64,000 nt of DNA from Tubulanus polymorphus (taxonomy: Eukaryota; Animalia; Nemertea): NCBI RefSeq assembly GCF_964204645.1, contig NC_134034.1, positions 1,860,072-1,924,071 on the forward strand. The letters are read 5' to 3'. Every line of letters begins with the position of its first letter. Within the stretch, counting starts at the first letter, position 1. Positions 41,229 to 59,355 of this stretch are shown here, piece by piece. The position numbers were made by a program, and so were the translations under genes. The notes beneath the pieces were generated by a model that worked only from the letters and a program-made list of their open reading frames with translations, was not told the DNA's origin and ran no database searches.

Positions 41229-43412
41229 ATGTCTGAGGTGAGGCAAAATTTACTCCATTCGATTTTTGCCGTTTTCTGAACGATTACGCATCAGTTGTCA
41301 CGTGTCGATTCGTTAGATTTTGGTCGTTTCCGAAGCGAAAAATGAAAAATCCGATTTTTTCCCTGCTAATTAACGCACGAAACCTATCCGTGTTTTCGAC
41401 AATTTTACGGTTCCGACGCCGGTCGAGAATTCGATGAATTAATTTATGTCAACCAATTTTAAACCGGTCACAGAGGCCAATGAGTCTCGTATTTGAAGTT
41501 TCGATATGAGAATACTAACTTTAGATCATCCAATATCCCGGGTACTAAAGGCCTGAACCTGTGGATTGGAATGAATGATTCGAGCTTACTACACCTCCAA
41601 ACTTCAAACACGGGCCCCGTCATATGTCAAGGTAGATACGATATAAAGATCGAACAATGATGGTATCTCAGTAGGTAGCTTGATTTAACTAGCCTGCTAC
41701 AACTACTGCTAGAGCAAGAAATAATTATAGTGATCAAAACCTCCAGCTGATGATTCTGTAATCAGGCTTATTAGTTAATTGATGAGCTAATTAGTTTCAT
41801 GTTGGGCGGCGTGATACAAATCATGTATACCTCATATGGAATTAAGTCCAAAGGTAATAATACTCAACAAGTTCTTTCATGACATATAGCAATTGATAAG
41901 ATAGGGATAGTGATATATCTAAGTTTGATAAACTACCTGAACTTTCAGTGACAACACTACAGGTCCGATAAATGTCCTTATAAACAGTGTGGATCCAGGT
42001 GGGTACCGAAGATTCTGGAATACCGTCGAGCTTTGTCAGCACCCCTGGAATCCATTCCATGGATTTGACGTAACTAAAATTGCCCTCATTTGGCATGATT
42101 TGGCGTAGTTTGATGTTAAGTGCCCTTCCCCATAATAGTGAGTGCCCTTATACAATTTGGAACCCACTCGAGATAGAGCCCTGGATCCGCTTTCGATAAA
42201 ACGCTTTGTTACACACTTTTTAGAATCTCTCATGTGACTTGTTTGGTTAAACATGTGTATCTTTATAGGGAGCGTCCAGAAATTACTTACCTCAAAATCT
42301 CCCGTTTTTCTGACCCCCCTCCCCCCGTGTACCACCTTTGTTCCAAATTCACTGATCCCCCCTCATAGGTACGTACCATGGTACCCATGACCACACCCCC
42401 CCCCCAAATTATATTGATGCAAAGAACACAAATCGAAACAATTTAAAAAATATCAATACCTGATTCCAACAAGTGCGTGTAAGATCGATACCGGAACCTG
42501 GTAATGGGGAATTCCCAGTTGAAGTCTACTACAAGTCACTTGAACAAGTCACTAAAAGCCGATAAAACACCAGTATCGGCTATTTTCATTTGAGTTTGGT
42601 GCATAAAGTACGTACCAAAATTGACCCCTCCCTCAAAGTATGTACTTTTTTTGCTGACACACTCCCCCATGTACCACTTTGTACCAAAATTCAGTAACTT
42701 CCCTCCCCCAATTAGAGTTACGTAATTTTAGGACGCGCCCTTAGCTACTTCATGTGCGAGTCAGTCGAGTGCAATCGAAGTTGTGATTGTTTTGTTTTTG
42801 TTTATTGTAGGCATTCCTTAAAGCAGCGGAGGAAGTAAAGAATTTAGCGAGTGAACCGAATGATCAGGAGAAATTGTATATATACGCTCGTTTCAAACAA
42901 GTTAATGTAGGAGACTGCAATACTTGTGAGTATCGAATAAAATAAACTGCCTTCACCCTATCCATCTAATTAGGGGTCATTCATTTATTACGTACGCATT
43001 AGAGGAGGGGGGAGGGGTCAGTGCAATTGCGTACTGTAATGCTTAATGTATACGAAAAAATGGCCGATTTTGCGTACAGAGGGGGAGGGGGGGTTGAAAA
43101 ATTCAAATTTTATGCGTACGCAATTAATGAATGATCCCTTATGACTGTCAATATTATTCACTTATCAAATCTTCGTGTTTTGTAGCTCGCCCGGGAATGT
43201 TAGATTTCGCTGGTAAAGCTAAGTGGGACGCTTGGGACGCTTTGAAAGGTTGCCATTGATAATCAATAACCTCGCAATTAATCAAAATCAACAGCGTTTC
43301 TAAATGTTTTTATTTGATTATCTTTATTTTTGTAGGTATGACCAAGGAGACCGCCGAACAAGAATATATAAAAAAAGTAGAAGAATTGAAGGCCGCCTAT
43401 GGGATGAAGTAA
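41229..43412 (+). CDS. DBI: Acyl-CoA-binding protein (ACBP / diazepam-binding inhibitor), 87 aa
   Basis: Exons 41229-41237, 42811-42925, 43186-43248, 43336-43412 give [87 protein letters not shown]. Not visible in the ORF track. Confidence 0.93.
42268..42740. mobile_element. MITE (GGGAGCGTCCAGAAATTAC...GTAATTTTAGGACGCGCCC) in ACBP intron 1
   Basis: Imperfect TIRs with GGG/CCC termini. Confidence 0.6.
42973..43138. mobile_element. Tourist-like MITE in ACBP intron 2
   Basis: Near-identical to 33350-33501; TTA flanks. Confidence 0.7.
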
Positions 43413-44166
43413 TCGACCCTCACTCGCCACAGCGTGTTTCACGGACCGGGCACCGGTCTTTACATGGATCAACGAAGCACTTACTCTGGCATGTGAGGCG
43501 GAGTTGTATACGATCAAAGAATTGCTCACATCCGACCTAATTAAATCATGCATTCTACGTGTTAATTGAAATTAAGAATCTATGAATGTTTCGAATTTTT
43601 ATTTGTTTCTCTTTTGTTCGAAATTTTTTAATTATTTCCTTCGATGGGGCCAGAGTAAAATAAAGTAGATCACAGCAGTATGTCAATATATTTCTGTAAA
43701 CCACAGAGTTTTCTCTCGAATTATTGTTTATCCGTCTGCTTCTAAGGATTAAGTAGCTGATTGATCAATGAGTGAGCCGATGATAGTACTACAGTGGAAC
43801 CTCGTTAGTACGATATCTTATTGAGTTTTACATTAAAATTTCCGTCAACAATTCAAGGTTTATAATAAATACTGTTCACCTGTTGCACTAAAGGTTCTGG
43901 TTACTGAAATTTCTACTCGCTGAACAATGAACGTGAATTGATGAGTAAATATGGCCTAAATGTCTACCAGTTTCACATTACTGCGCGTACTGACAGACGA
44001 ATCAATGATAAGCGATATATCTGCCAAAAATCGATCCCACACAAAAAAAAATAGCCACCAATACTGTCCACTGCTACATTTAAGGTTCTGGTTCCTGAAA
44101 TTTCTGCTCGATGAACAAACGTCGTGAATCGATGGGCAAATAAATGTCCACCAGTTCCATCTAGGG

Positions 44167-47100
44167 CAATCTTAAGACCTGCTGCATATGGCGTCACAAG
44201 CCCCGAGGCTTGTCACGCCATATTGGGGCCTGACACGCCATGTGGTAAACGTAAAATGAAAATCAAATCCTATGCATGAGATGAAACGTCGACTAAGTCT
44301 CGCGGGTTTTTCTTCCGAAGTTGAAATATTCGGTTGGATATTAATTTGTCTTAGATGATTAACAACGTATTATATATACATAATAAGAACTACATATTAC
44401 ATCGCATTTACACTAAAATGAGTTTTACAGAATAGAAATTGATCGTTGTTTGTTAATCTAATGCAGTGTACACACATTTTGAAACACAATTTAAACAATC
44501 ATATATTTCGCCAGCATATGAAAAATACAAAAACATTACATATATATCTACTGAATGAGTTTTACAGGATAAAGATTTTAATTAACTATCTTACATTTCA
44601 ATGAATCATTCATCTATTTCACATGATTTGTTGATCAATTAGTCTTAGAAGAACATGGATAATGTTAGAAAAACATATATGGTGAGCCAGGCTCCAATCT
44701 AGTGTGATCTGCAGTCATATGGCTCCTAAAATCGCTAAGCCTTCTACATGGCGTGTCAGGCCCCAAATGTTCTGCAGCCAATATGGCGTGTCAAGAGCCC
44801 CAAATTGTCTGCAGAATAGCTTCAATAATTGAAACATGGTTTGTCGAACGGTTTTCTATGGAAGCAATTAAATTATATCTTTAGTTTCAATTAGTTATAT
44901 ATTGTTCATGATTTGATAATCACAAAGCAAATACTGCTAGAAAAACCGCGATTTGTCTTCTATATGGCGTGTCAAGCCCCGAATGTTCTGCAGCCAATAT
45001 GGCGTGTCAGGCCCCGAATGGTCTGCAGAATAGCTTCAATTGAAACATGGCGTGAGAGGACCCGATCAGTTTTCCTATAATTGTCACTAATTATCATAAA
45101 TATTCAAAGATTTATCATTCTACATGGTTTGTCAATCATTTAGACTTAGAAAGAAAGCAAATATTGTTTCAAAAATAGCTCCTCAAATCACGCTGTCTTC
45201 TACATGGCGTGTCAGGCCCCAAACGGTCTGCAGCCAATATGGCGTGTCAGTCCCCAAACGGTCTGCAGAATAGCTTCAATTGAGATATGGCGTGAGAGGA
45301 CCCGAACGATTTTCCGTACAAACAAATGAATAATTGTCACTAATTATCATAAATATTCAAAGATTTATCATTCTACATGGTTTGTCAATCATTTAAACTT
45401 AGAAAAAAGGCAAATATTGTTTCAAAAAGCTCCTAAAATCACGCTGTCTTCTACATGGCGTGTCAAGCCCCAAACGGTCTGCAGAATAACTTCAATTGAG
45501 ACATGGCGTGAGAGGACCCGATCGATTTTCCGTACAAACAAATGAATAATTGTCATTAATTATCATAAATATTCAAAGATTTATCATTCTCCGTGGATTG
45601 TCAGTCATTTAGACTCAGAAAAAAGGCAAATATTGTTTCAAAAATAGCTCCTCAAATCACGCTGTCTTTCACATGGCGTGTCAGGCCCCAAATGTTCTGC
45701 AGCCAATATGGCGTGTCAGGCCCCAAACGGTCTGCAGAATAGCTTCAATTGAGACATGGCGTGAGAAGACCCGAACGATTTTCCGTACAAACAAATGAAT
45801 AATTGTCATTGATTATCATAAATATTCAAAGATTTATCATTCTACGTGGATTGTCAATCATTTAGACTCAGAACAAAAGGCAAATATTGTTTCAAAAAGC
45901 TCCTAAAATCACGCTGTCTTTCACATGGCGTGTCAAGCCCCAAACGGTCTGCAGAATAACTTCAATTGAGACATGGCGTGAGAGGACCCGATCGATTTTC
46001 CGTACAAACAAATGAATAATTGTCATTAATTATCGTAAATATTCAAAGATTTATCATTCTCCGTGGATTGTCAGTCATTTAGACTCAGAAAAAAAGGCAA
46101 ATATTGTTTCAAAAATAGCTCCTCAAATCACGCTGTCTTTCACATGGCGTGTCAGGCCCCAAATGTTCTGCAGCCAATATGGCGTGTCAGGCCCCAAACG
46201 GTCTGCAGAATAGCTTCAATTGAGACATGGCGTGAGAAGACCCGAACGATTTTCCGTACAAATAAATGAATAATTGTCATTGATTATCATAAATATTCAA
46301 AGATTTATCATTCTACGTGGATTGTCAATCATTTAGACTTAGAACAAAAGGCAAATATTGTTTCAAAAAGCTCCTAAAATCACGCTGTCTTCTACATGGC
46401 GTGTCAAGCCCAACGGTCTGCAGTCAATATGGCGTGTCAGGCCCCAAACGATTTTCCGTACAAACAAATGAATAATTGTCATTAATTATCATAAATATTC
46501 AAAGATTTATCAGTTTGTCAATCATTTAGACTTAGAAAAAAGGCAAATATTGTTTCAAAAAGCTCCTCGAATCACGCTGTCTTCTACATGGCGTGTCAGG
46601 CCCCAAATGTTCTGCAGTCAATATGGCGTGTCAGGCCCCAAACGGTCTGCAGAATAGCTTCAATTGAGACATGGCGTGAGAAGACCCGAATGATTTTCCG
46701 TACAAACTAATGAATAATTGTCATTAATTATCATAAATATTCAAAGATTTATCATTCTCCGTGGATTGTCAGTCATTTAGACTCAGAAAAAAGGCAAATA
46801 TTGTTTCAAAAATAGCTCCTCAAATCACGCTGTCTTTCACATGGCGTGTCAGGCCCCAAATGTTCTGCAGCCAATATGGCGTGTCAGGCCCCAAACGGTC
46901 TGCAGAATAGCTTCAATTGAGACATGGCGTGAGAAGACCCGAACGATTTTCCGTATAAATAAATGAATAATTGTCATTGATTATCATAAATATTCAAAGA
47001 TTTATCATTCTACGTGGATTGTCAATCATTTAGACTCAGAACAAAAGGCAAATATTGTTTCAAAAAGCTCCTAAAATCACGCTGTCTTCTACATGGCGTG

Positions 47101-48177
47101 TCAGGCCCCAAACGGTCTGCAGAATAGCTTCAATTGAGACATGGCGTGAGAAGACCCGAACGATTTTTCCGTACAAACAAATGAATAATTGTCACTAATT
47201 GTCTTAAATGTTCAATGATTAATCCTTCTATATGATTTGTCAATTATTTAGTCTTAGAAAAAAAAGCTAATACTCTTACAAAAAGCTCCTAAAACCACGC
47301 TGTCTTCTACATGGCGTGTCAGGCCCCAAAGTGTTCTGCCGCCAATATGGCGTGAGAGTACGCGATCAGTTTTCTATGGAAGCAATTAATTGTCACTAAT
47401 CATATCTTTAGTTTCAATTAGTTATATATTGTTCATAATCATAAAGTCTAAGAAAAAAAAACAAATACTGCTAGAAAAATCGCGATTTGTCTTCTATATG
47501 GCGTGTCAGGCCCCAAACGGTCTACAGAATATAGCTTCAATTTACATGGCGTGAGAGGACCCGATCAGTTTTCCGTAGAAATAAATGAGAAATTGTGACT
47601 GATTATCTTAAATTAGTACAATAATCATTAAGTCTTAGAAATAGGTTTATAAATCGTTGTTTCTATTTTGTTCATATGTAAAAATATACAAAATCGCTTA
47701 TGTAAATGTAGCTGATGATCTCCTGATCGTCTCGCACCATAACGGAAACCTATAAAAAACATATTCGAAGAATTTTACATAAAAATCTGTCGATATATAT
47801 GCATCTGAATATAGTTATGAAGTAAAAACGGGATATAATTTTCTTTCAAAGTGGTTGCACTGAACGGAATACTACAATATAACGTATAAGTACATATTAT
47901 ATTTAGACAATATTTAGTAAGTATATATTTAGACAATAAGTTAAGAAAAAATAGAAATTCATTACACATTGACATACCGGTACTTGAAATTATCTCATTC
48001 AGGTTTTACACGTCGTATCGGACTTAAAAACGTGGTCCGTTCGACGCGAACATATATCTTCGTTCCGCGTGAATTATATATAGTCTGCATTTTACTCAGG
48101 GCTTGTGACGCCATGTCAGATATGGCGTGACAAGCCCCGGGGCTTGTGACGCCATGTTCTGCTGATTCTTAAGATTG
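44167..48177. mobile_element. ~4-kb non-autonomous TIR element with internal ~200-240 bp satellite array
   Basis: TIRs CAATCTTAAGA...ATGGCGTCACAAGCCCCG(A/G)GGCTTGTCACGCCATAT at both ends; internal tandem units (44740-47570) built on ATGGCGTGTCAGGCCCC; no transposase ORF. Confidence 0.75.
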
Positions 48178-49351
48178 ACTTCACTCACCAGTTCAGTAAA
48201 AATCGATCGAGTAACTACTAGCGACGCCTGGTGGATCTTCACTTGCCATAGATGGAATCCTTGCTTGCACTGTCATAAGTAGAATCCTCGATTGCCACAA
48301 TATCGTTGAGGGTCGTTCAAACTTTTAAAGTTCTTGGTTCAGTTCAACAGTTCTGAGTTAAGATTTGACTCTGAGTAAACTCATTGAAAATAAATGAACT
48401 AATTTCAACTCTGAGTTAACTCCACAACTGTGGAACTGTATCTATGGCTATAGATTTAATGTACTCATGTTCTGAGTCGACCCTTTGCGCATTTTGACGC
48501 GAGAAACAGCGATTGAAATGGCGATAGAGACTCGTGAAAACTGATATATTCACCACGTTTCGCAGAAGAGAATATTGAACAGGCGAGTGGATATATCTGC
48601 AGGTCTTTCCTAGGGAGGGAGCGCTGAAAAATGTACGGCATATAAATGACTGCGATAGAATGTTCCTCATACAATGAAAATATAGGAATAATCCACTATT
48701 AGAAACTACTGGGAAACTCACATGATATACGGCGCATATCACCAGAAATCTCCAGAGGCCCAGCAGCAGCTGCGATCGATTAGACAACATGACACGTTTC
48801 ACAAGAGTGCAAAAAGAGGATGAACAATCACCTGCTAATTATAGCAGGTGCATGGGTGTAGCAAGAGTGTTCACCCCTCCCCATAAAAGAAATTGTAGAA
48901 TGAATGATTTATTTACTTTTAAAAGGCCTATGTATGATTTATTTACTTGTAATAAGCCTATGTAAAAGATTTAAAAAAAACATGATTTCCTGGGATATAG
49001 TTTCATAGATGGAAGTTCTGCTGTATTAGGCACAACAAGATATCATTCCACGTATCTAAGAATACAGAATTTTTTTTCGATGTAGGGGGCCGGCCCCTGA
49101 TCCCGACAGCTTCGTGCCTTGTTTCTGGGAGAGGCCTTGTTCCCCATCCCTGCACCTTTCGTATTCCCCGCTTTGTGCCAAAAAAATGCTAGAGGCCAGT
49201 TCCACCTTCTGAAAAATGACCCCCTTCTCCTCAGACAATCCTTGCTTTCCCCAGAGGTGCGAATCGGAAATTTCTAAAGAGACCGCTCTCCATCTATTCT
49301 CCATCAGGTTCACCATTGATAACACTATCTGTGTTGTGACGCAGTAATAGA

Positions 49352-50214
49352 TAGAGAATACCAATGACGAAAAACTGAGTTCGAAAATGTTTCCTTGAGA
49401 GTTGTTTCAACGTTTCGACTATTTTCTAATAGTCATCTTCAGGAATACTGTATTCCTTGAGCTAGTGTAGTTTATTCAACGTTTCGACTATATCCTAATA
49501 GTCATCATCAGGAATACTGTATTCCTTGAGCTAGTGTAGTTTATTCAACGTTTCGACTATATTCTAATAGTCATCTTCAGGAATACTGTATTCCTTGGGC
49601 CATTGTAGTTTATTCGACGTTTCGACTATATCCTAAATGTCATCATCAGGAATACTGTATTCCTTGAGCTAGTGTAGTTTATTCGACGTTTCGACTATAT
49701 CCTAATAGTCATCTTCAGGAATACTGTATTCCTTGAGCTAGTGTAGTTTATTCGACGTTTCGACTATATCCTAATAGTCATCTTCAGGAATACTGTATTC
49801 GAGCTAGTGTAGTTTATTCGACGTTTCGACTATATCCTAATAGTCATCTTCAGGAATACTGTATTCGAGCTAGTAGTTCAACGTTTCGACTTTATCCTAA
49901 TAGTCATCTTCAGGAATACTGTATTCGAGCTAGTAGTTCAACGTTTCGACTTTATCCTAATAGTCATCTTCAGGAATACTGTATTCCTTGGGCCAGTGTA
50001 GTTTATTCAACGTTTCGACTATGTCCTAATAGTAATCTTCAGGAATACTGTTTTCCCTGAGCTAGTGTATTTTATTCAATGTTTCGTTAATATTCTGATG
50101 GTATTCTTCAGGAGAACCATTTTGCTCTTTTAACGAATAAACTACACTAGTTCTAGGAAACATTTTTGGACTTTGTCTTTCGTTATTACTTTTATTACTC
50201 TATGATTCTCTCTA
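49352..50214 (-). mobile_element. Second element of the hammerhead-carrying family, ~11 tandem units on the minus strand
   Basis: Units of 69 nt (some 60-66) from about 49409 to 50113; termini GTTCGAAAATGTTTCC / GGAAACATTTTTGGAC resemble those of the 26.5-kb element. Confidence 0.75.
49680..49723 (-). ncRNA. Minimal type I hammerhead ribozyme motif (best intact unit, GUC cleavage triplet)
   Basis: Reverse complement reads TATTC CTGAAGA T GACTAT TAGGAT ATAGTC GAAA CG TC GAATA: stem I, CUGANGA core, 6-bp stem II, GAAA, palindromic ACGU stem III, GUC site. Identical units at 49749-49792 and about 49815-49858. Confidence 0.7.
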
Positions 50215-50629
50215 TATCAACTCCATTTCTAGGAGCAGGTGCGAATCAGATATATATTTCACAGGAATGTAAAAAGTCAGCTGCCGGGATGAACACTCTC
50301 ATGTGAAGTTGGATACGTGTTTCGCGACCGCTTTATGTCAGATGGGTTTGATGGAGAGATGGTGCGGTTTAGAATAAAAGCAGCATATTTTAGCTAGCAA
50401 TCGCATACAACTTTACGAAGCTTAAGTGACGTGTGTTGGAACCAACTAAAACTGTAAGTACAAACTGATAACTATGGAAATGACTTTGTTGGTTAGTTAC
50501 CTACTCGTTGGTTGTAAGCTTAACCGGATCGATGGCCAAATCTTGTCGTTTGTGAAAATATCCGATCGTGAAACTAATAAAACCACAGATAGGTCAGCGA
50601 ATCGAGGTAATGATGTCAGAGGTAAAACT

Positions 50630-50825
50630 GTCAAAATATCTAAAGCCGGGAGTGGGACCTCACTGGTTCTAGGAAAGATTTCTTCAAAATATATATCTAA
50701 AGCCGGGAGTGGGATCTCACTGGTTCTAGGAAAAATGTCTTCAAAATATCTAAAGCCGGGAATGGGACCACACTGGTTCTAGGATAGATTTCTTCAAAAT
50801 ATCTGGGAGTGGGACCTCACTGGTG
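50630..50825. repeat. ~55-bp tandem repeat (AAAATATCTAAAGCCGGGAGTGGGACCTCACTGGTTCTAGG)
   Basis: 4 copies. Confidence 0.8.
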
Positions 50826-50972
50826 GACTTCGAAAGGGCTGCTTAATCGGCCAGGCCTTTTTCTTCTGGACTCCAGACTTCCGGCAAATCCAAAGATCCG
50901 CCCCTTACCCTTGCCATTTACATACATCTAGTTAACTGTATGTGTCGCTTCTTTGATCGCTTATAGGTAACA

Positions 50973-51353
50973 ATGTTCAGAACCGATGTGATCGCTGTTG
51001 TCGTCGTCGTCGTGTTGGTGTCGTCTGCAGCTCTCGTGCCCGTCAATGCGGAAGAAGAATGCGAGACCAGATGCCGATATTGTCGTAAAATGAAGCACAC
51101 GATTTGTTTCAAGAATCTCGAAAAGTGCGAAGAGGCGTGTGCACGTGCGAGTAATGCTAACGAGTTCAAATGTGCCGATATCCCAGGATATGAAGCATAC
51201 GAATCATTGAAAGGCGATTGTTATCAGGGGTGTTATAGTGCATGCACTAATACAAAGACAAGAGCAAATTGTCAGTATCGATGCGTTAATGATAATGATA
51301 CGGAAGGGCTTGAATGCAACAATCCCCCAGCTTGCCAGACAAATCGCAGTTAA
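50973..51353 (+). CDS. Secreted cysteine-rich protein (126 aa precursor, 14 Cys, multiple CX3C), toxin/defence-peptide-like
   Basis: Hydrophobic signal peptide ending ...VPVNA|EEEC; acceptor CTTATAG at 50966 just before the ATG; upstream donor T|GTAAGT near 50454; AATAAA at 51637. Confidence 0.8.
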   Translation: MFRTDVIAVVVVVVLVSSAALVPVNAEEECETRCRYCRKMKHTICFKNLEKCEEACARASNANEFKCADIPGYEAYESLKGDCYQGCYSACTNTKTRANCQYRCVNDNDTEGLECNNPPACQTNRS

Positions 51354-53534
51354 TCCGCCTGTGACGAGCAGTGTAAATTTCTAAAACCGGTCTTTATCAA
51401 TTTTAAAACGGCGGATGCGCATTGTTTCACGAAAAGGATTCAACTTAGAAACTTGTTTAACCAGGTTTTCGACTTGGTCCTTTCCGTGAAACTGCGCCCA
51501 CATTAATTTAAGCGTTGATCATATTTTTTTTTTCGTCGATACTGGATCACCGGATCGTCCGCAGTTCGACAATAATCGTCATTTAAAAGGGAAAAATTTT
51601 AGTTCGTTTTCGAAATGGATCCATTCGTGATCGAATAATAAAATACAGATCGGACAAGTCGAATAGTCGTTTCTTTATTTTCTTTCGCGCTCGAATTGAA
51701 AAACCCAATCTCTTAATTTCATCAACGGTTAATGAAGCGAGGTGACGTCTGGGGCACATCGATCAATAGTAAGACCATGAAAACCGAAAGCTCAAAAATT
51801 GGACATCAGTTGCAGTTTTAGACATTTGGCAACAACAGGGGACCATTCACCGTAAAATTATTTCTGAGGAAGGCGATTTCCGAGGTAAGGTAATTTTTCA
51901 ACAAACCACTTTACTGTTGCTATAGCCGCCATACTGGAGCGGATCTAGGAAAATTGGAAGGTGGGGATCCAGAAGAAAAGAAAAGTGTTTTTTTGCATTA
52001 AGGATGACGTGTTTATGGCAATAGTGGGGTCACTCGATGTCGTGTTAGGCAGATTTGGCAGAAATAATATATCGATGACGGGAAACGTTTACCGAGAGGA
52101 AATAGGAGTTTTAGTTGGAGGTTTTTTAATTCTGTCTTGGTGAAAAGGGCCACCTCGAAAGGCAGTAGTCCGGACCCGTGAAACCGCCCCCCTTAATCCG
52201 CCCCTGCCATGATCGGACAAAGTCAAACAGTCGTTGTTTATTTCCTTTTAAAAATTTATTTCAGCCACAAAATAGCGACAGGCGTCGTGGATCAGAGGCG
52301 CCGTGCATCAATGAATCTAAAACCAAATATACACGGATTTAAAAGATCACATTGATTAAAGCTGAGAAATTGAAAATCAAACGAGACCCGATCGTCGGAA
52401 TTTGTCTCCGGCCTCACTTATCTTGAAAATGATACTGTGCTGCGGTTATGGATTGACGACCCAGGAATCGAAGCCTGGGAAGACTCCCATGAAGTGACGA
52501 TGTGCTCACTCGATCGATTCTTTATTTACTATTGCTGCTTTATAACTAAACTAAGACAGAACAAATAGTGCTGCCGGATCCGGGAGAGTACCAGTAACGC
52601 ACTAATCTCTTTGCACGAGAGAGTGCTTCACACTACCTTTCGGCCGGTAAAGGCCGTTGAGTTAAAAAAGCGAAGACATTGAAGGAAATGTTACGCTGAT
52701 AAAGCAAATAATTACCAATTCGTCAATAAGGGCAGATTCGAAGGACGATGAGGGCGATAGATTTACGATGAGGTATTTTTCAAAATTACATTATTTTGAG
52801 TACGCGGATTCCGCTCTCCCAGTACAAAAACCATCAAATTAAGCTGTGTTATTTTTTTTTACAAGGCGTCCTAAATCTACGAGTTTAAGTCGACTTGTTC
52901 TTAATTGGGCCTTTTTGATTATTTTGCAAGTACGCGGATCCGCCTCGATCTGCAAAATCCATTAAGAAAATGTTTTCTTAAAGTCCTCCTTCGAGTGATT
53001 TCATCACAAATTTTTCAACAAAAAAAAGAAAATTATTATTTTTAGTCTAAGTATATAACTTAAAGTCGCACGGTCATATATTTTCAATCTCGTGAATTGC
53101 AAACAGTCTTTCTCATTTCTCCAGTCATTTGAATCAAATTCATCAAATTTCGACTCCCTTTTTATATTTTTCTGAAGTCCTTCCGAGGTTTTATCCGAGC
53201 CGAAAAAAATATTCGAAATATACGCGAATTTCAATAGGGTTTTCTGTGAAGTAACAGAAAACCCTAAATCAAGAAATATTTCTTTTTTATTCTCTGCCAT
53301 TTTCAAATGTATGTATGTATGTAAAAGGAATATTTTAATTTTTCTCTTCATCCTCCAATTTTTCTTGAAAAAAATCCATGCTCCAAGTAATTAAAAAAGG
53401 GAAGATTCCGAAATTGATAATTACACGGCAGCCCCAGCGAGCCAAGTCCGCGCGGTTACGTGCGCGCGTCGTTCTCGATATCTGTCTCTTATTTACTTCC
53501 TGGTTTGCGCTGCTCTCTGCATTTTGATCGAGAA

Positions 53535-58168
<4,634 letters not shown>

Positions 58169-59355
58169 AACGAAAACCGAGACACCGTGCCATAGGTACA
58201 CGGAGCAGACGGACTGTTTCAATTAATTAAACGAATAATTAATATCGACGATATCGCCATGTTTAACGATGAAATTAATAAGATTATTTATTACGTTAAT
58301 TTAGAAGTACGATTTTCGTTCGAAAGTCGTCAGGTCGTCGTCATGGCGACGCGCCGTGGTTGTTGTTGTCGCGGCGACAGATCTTATTCGATGTCTGTCG
58401 TGTCTATATCATTTATACATATACAGAAAAATGTTCAAATAAAAGCAATGCAAACAGGAATAATTACGTCGACTTTGTTGTGAATCGGTTTTTGCGGAGA
58501 AAATGGGATTTTTTCTTTATTCCTAAAGGGAAAGCTCAACGACTGGTACACAGTAAATGTAGGAAAAATGCCATCAGTGGAAATGACGGAAAAATGCCGC
58601 AAATGATTGTCTCAACGGTTAGAAATGAAAATGCTACATTTCAAACTTCTGGGGCCGGTTGCATAGTCATGACTTAGACTTAAGACCAGTCTAAGACCAA
58701 CTTAGTTCTACAGCTAATCTAACAACTTAAGACCAGTCTTAAGATTTAAGACCACTTTTGGACTTAAGTCACGACTGTGCAACTGGCCCCTGCCATCTAG
58801 ATTTTATAAACTTTCAAAGTAGAGTAATAACTGGACGTCTGGACACTTTGTAATAGATTAGGTAACGAACCTGTAATAGACCTTGGAGTAGTCGTTTCTC
58901 CAAGGTCGGACACAGTCCCGATGAAATGCGGGGTTGTTACGCACTCTCTCCATAGCGATAGTCGCTCCTAAGAAATACCAACCAAACAACAATCGATGTA
59001 AAAGATATAATAAATTTTTATTGGACACTGCCCACAATATATTTTCACATTTTGACAAGCATACAACATCTGAATACACACGTTATACATATATTCGTCT
59101 ATTTACTTTTCATTTAAAATAAAATATCATTTTATTGTTCACAAAAAACAATTTTTTCAATTCTCAAAATTCTCACAACTTATTCGTATTTGTTTATGAC
59201 GTATTACGACGAGTTCTGGTTTTGAACGATTATCATAATTATAATTATTATTAATTATAGTTCGTGTGCAACGTGTGACGACGTGATAATGAAAAATAAT
59301 CATCGAAAAGTAAAACGTAACGAAGTGATGAAATGCAGCATCCGATCCTACCGCA

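Noticed and set aside
52400-52780. Possible ncRNA or small gene upstream of CDK5
   Set aside because: No recognisable snRNA/snoRNA boxes or coherent exon structure by eye.
58334-58380. Palindromic X-box-like GTCGTCATGGCGAC in the CDK5 3' region
   Set aside because: Short motif with no nearby gene start that I can support; may be chance.
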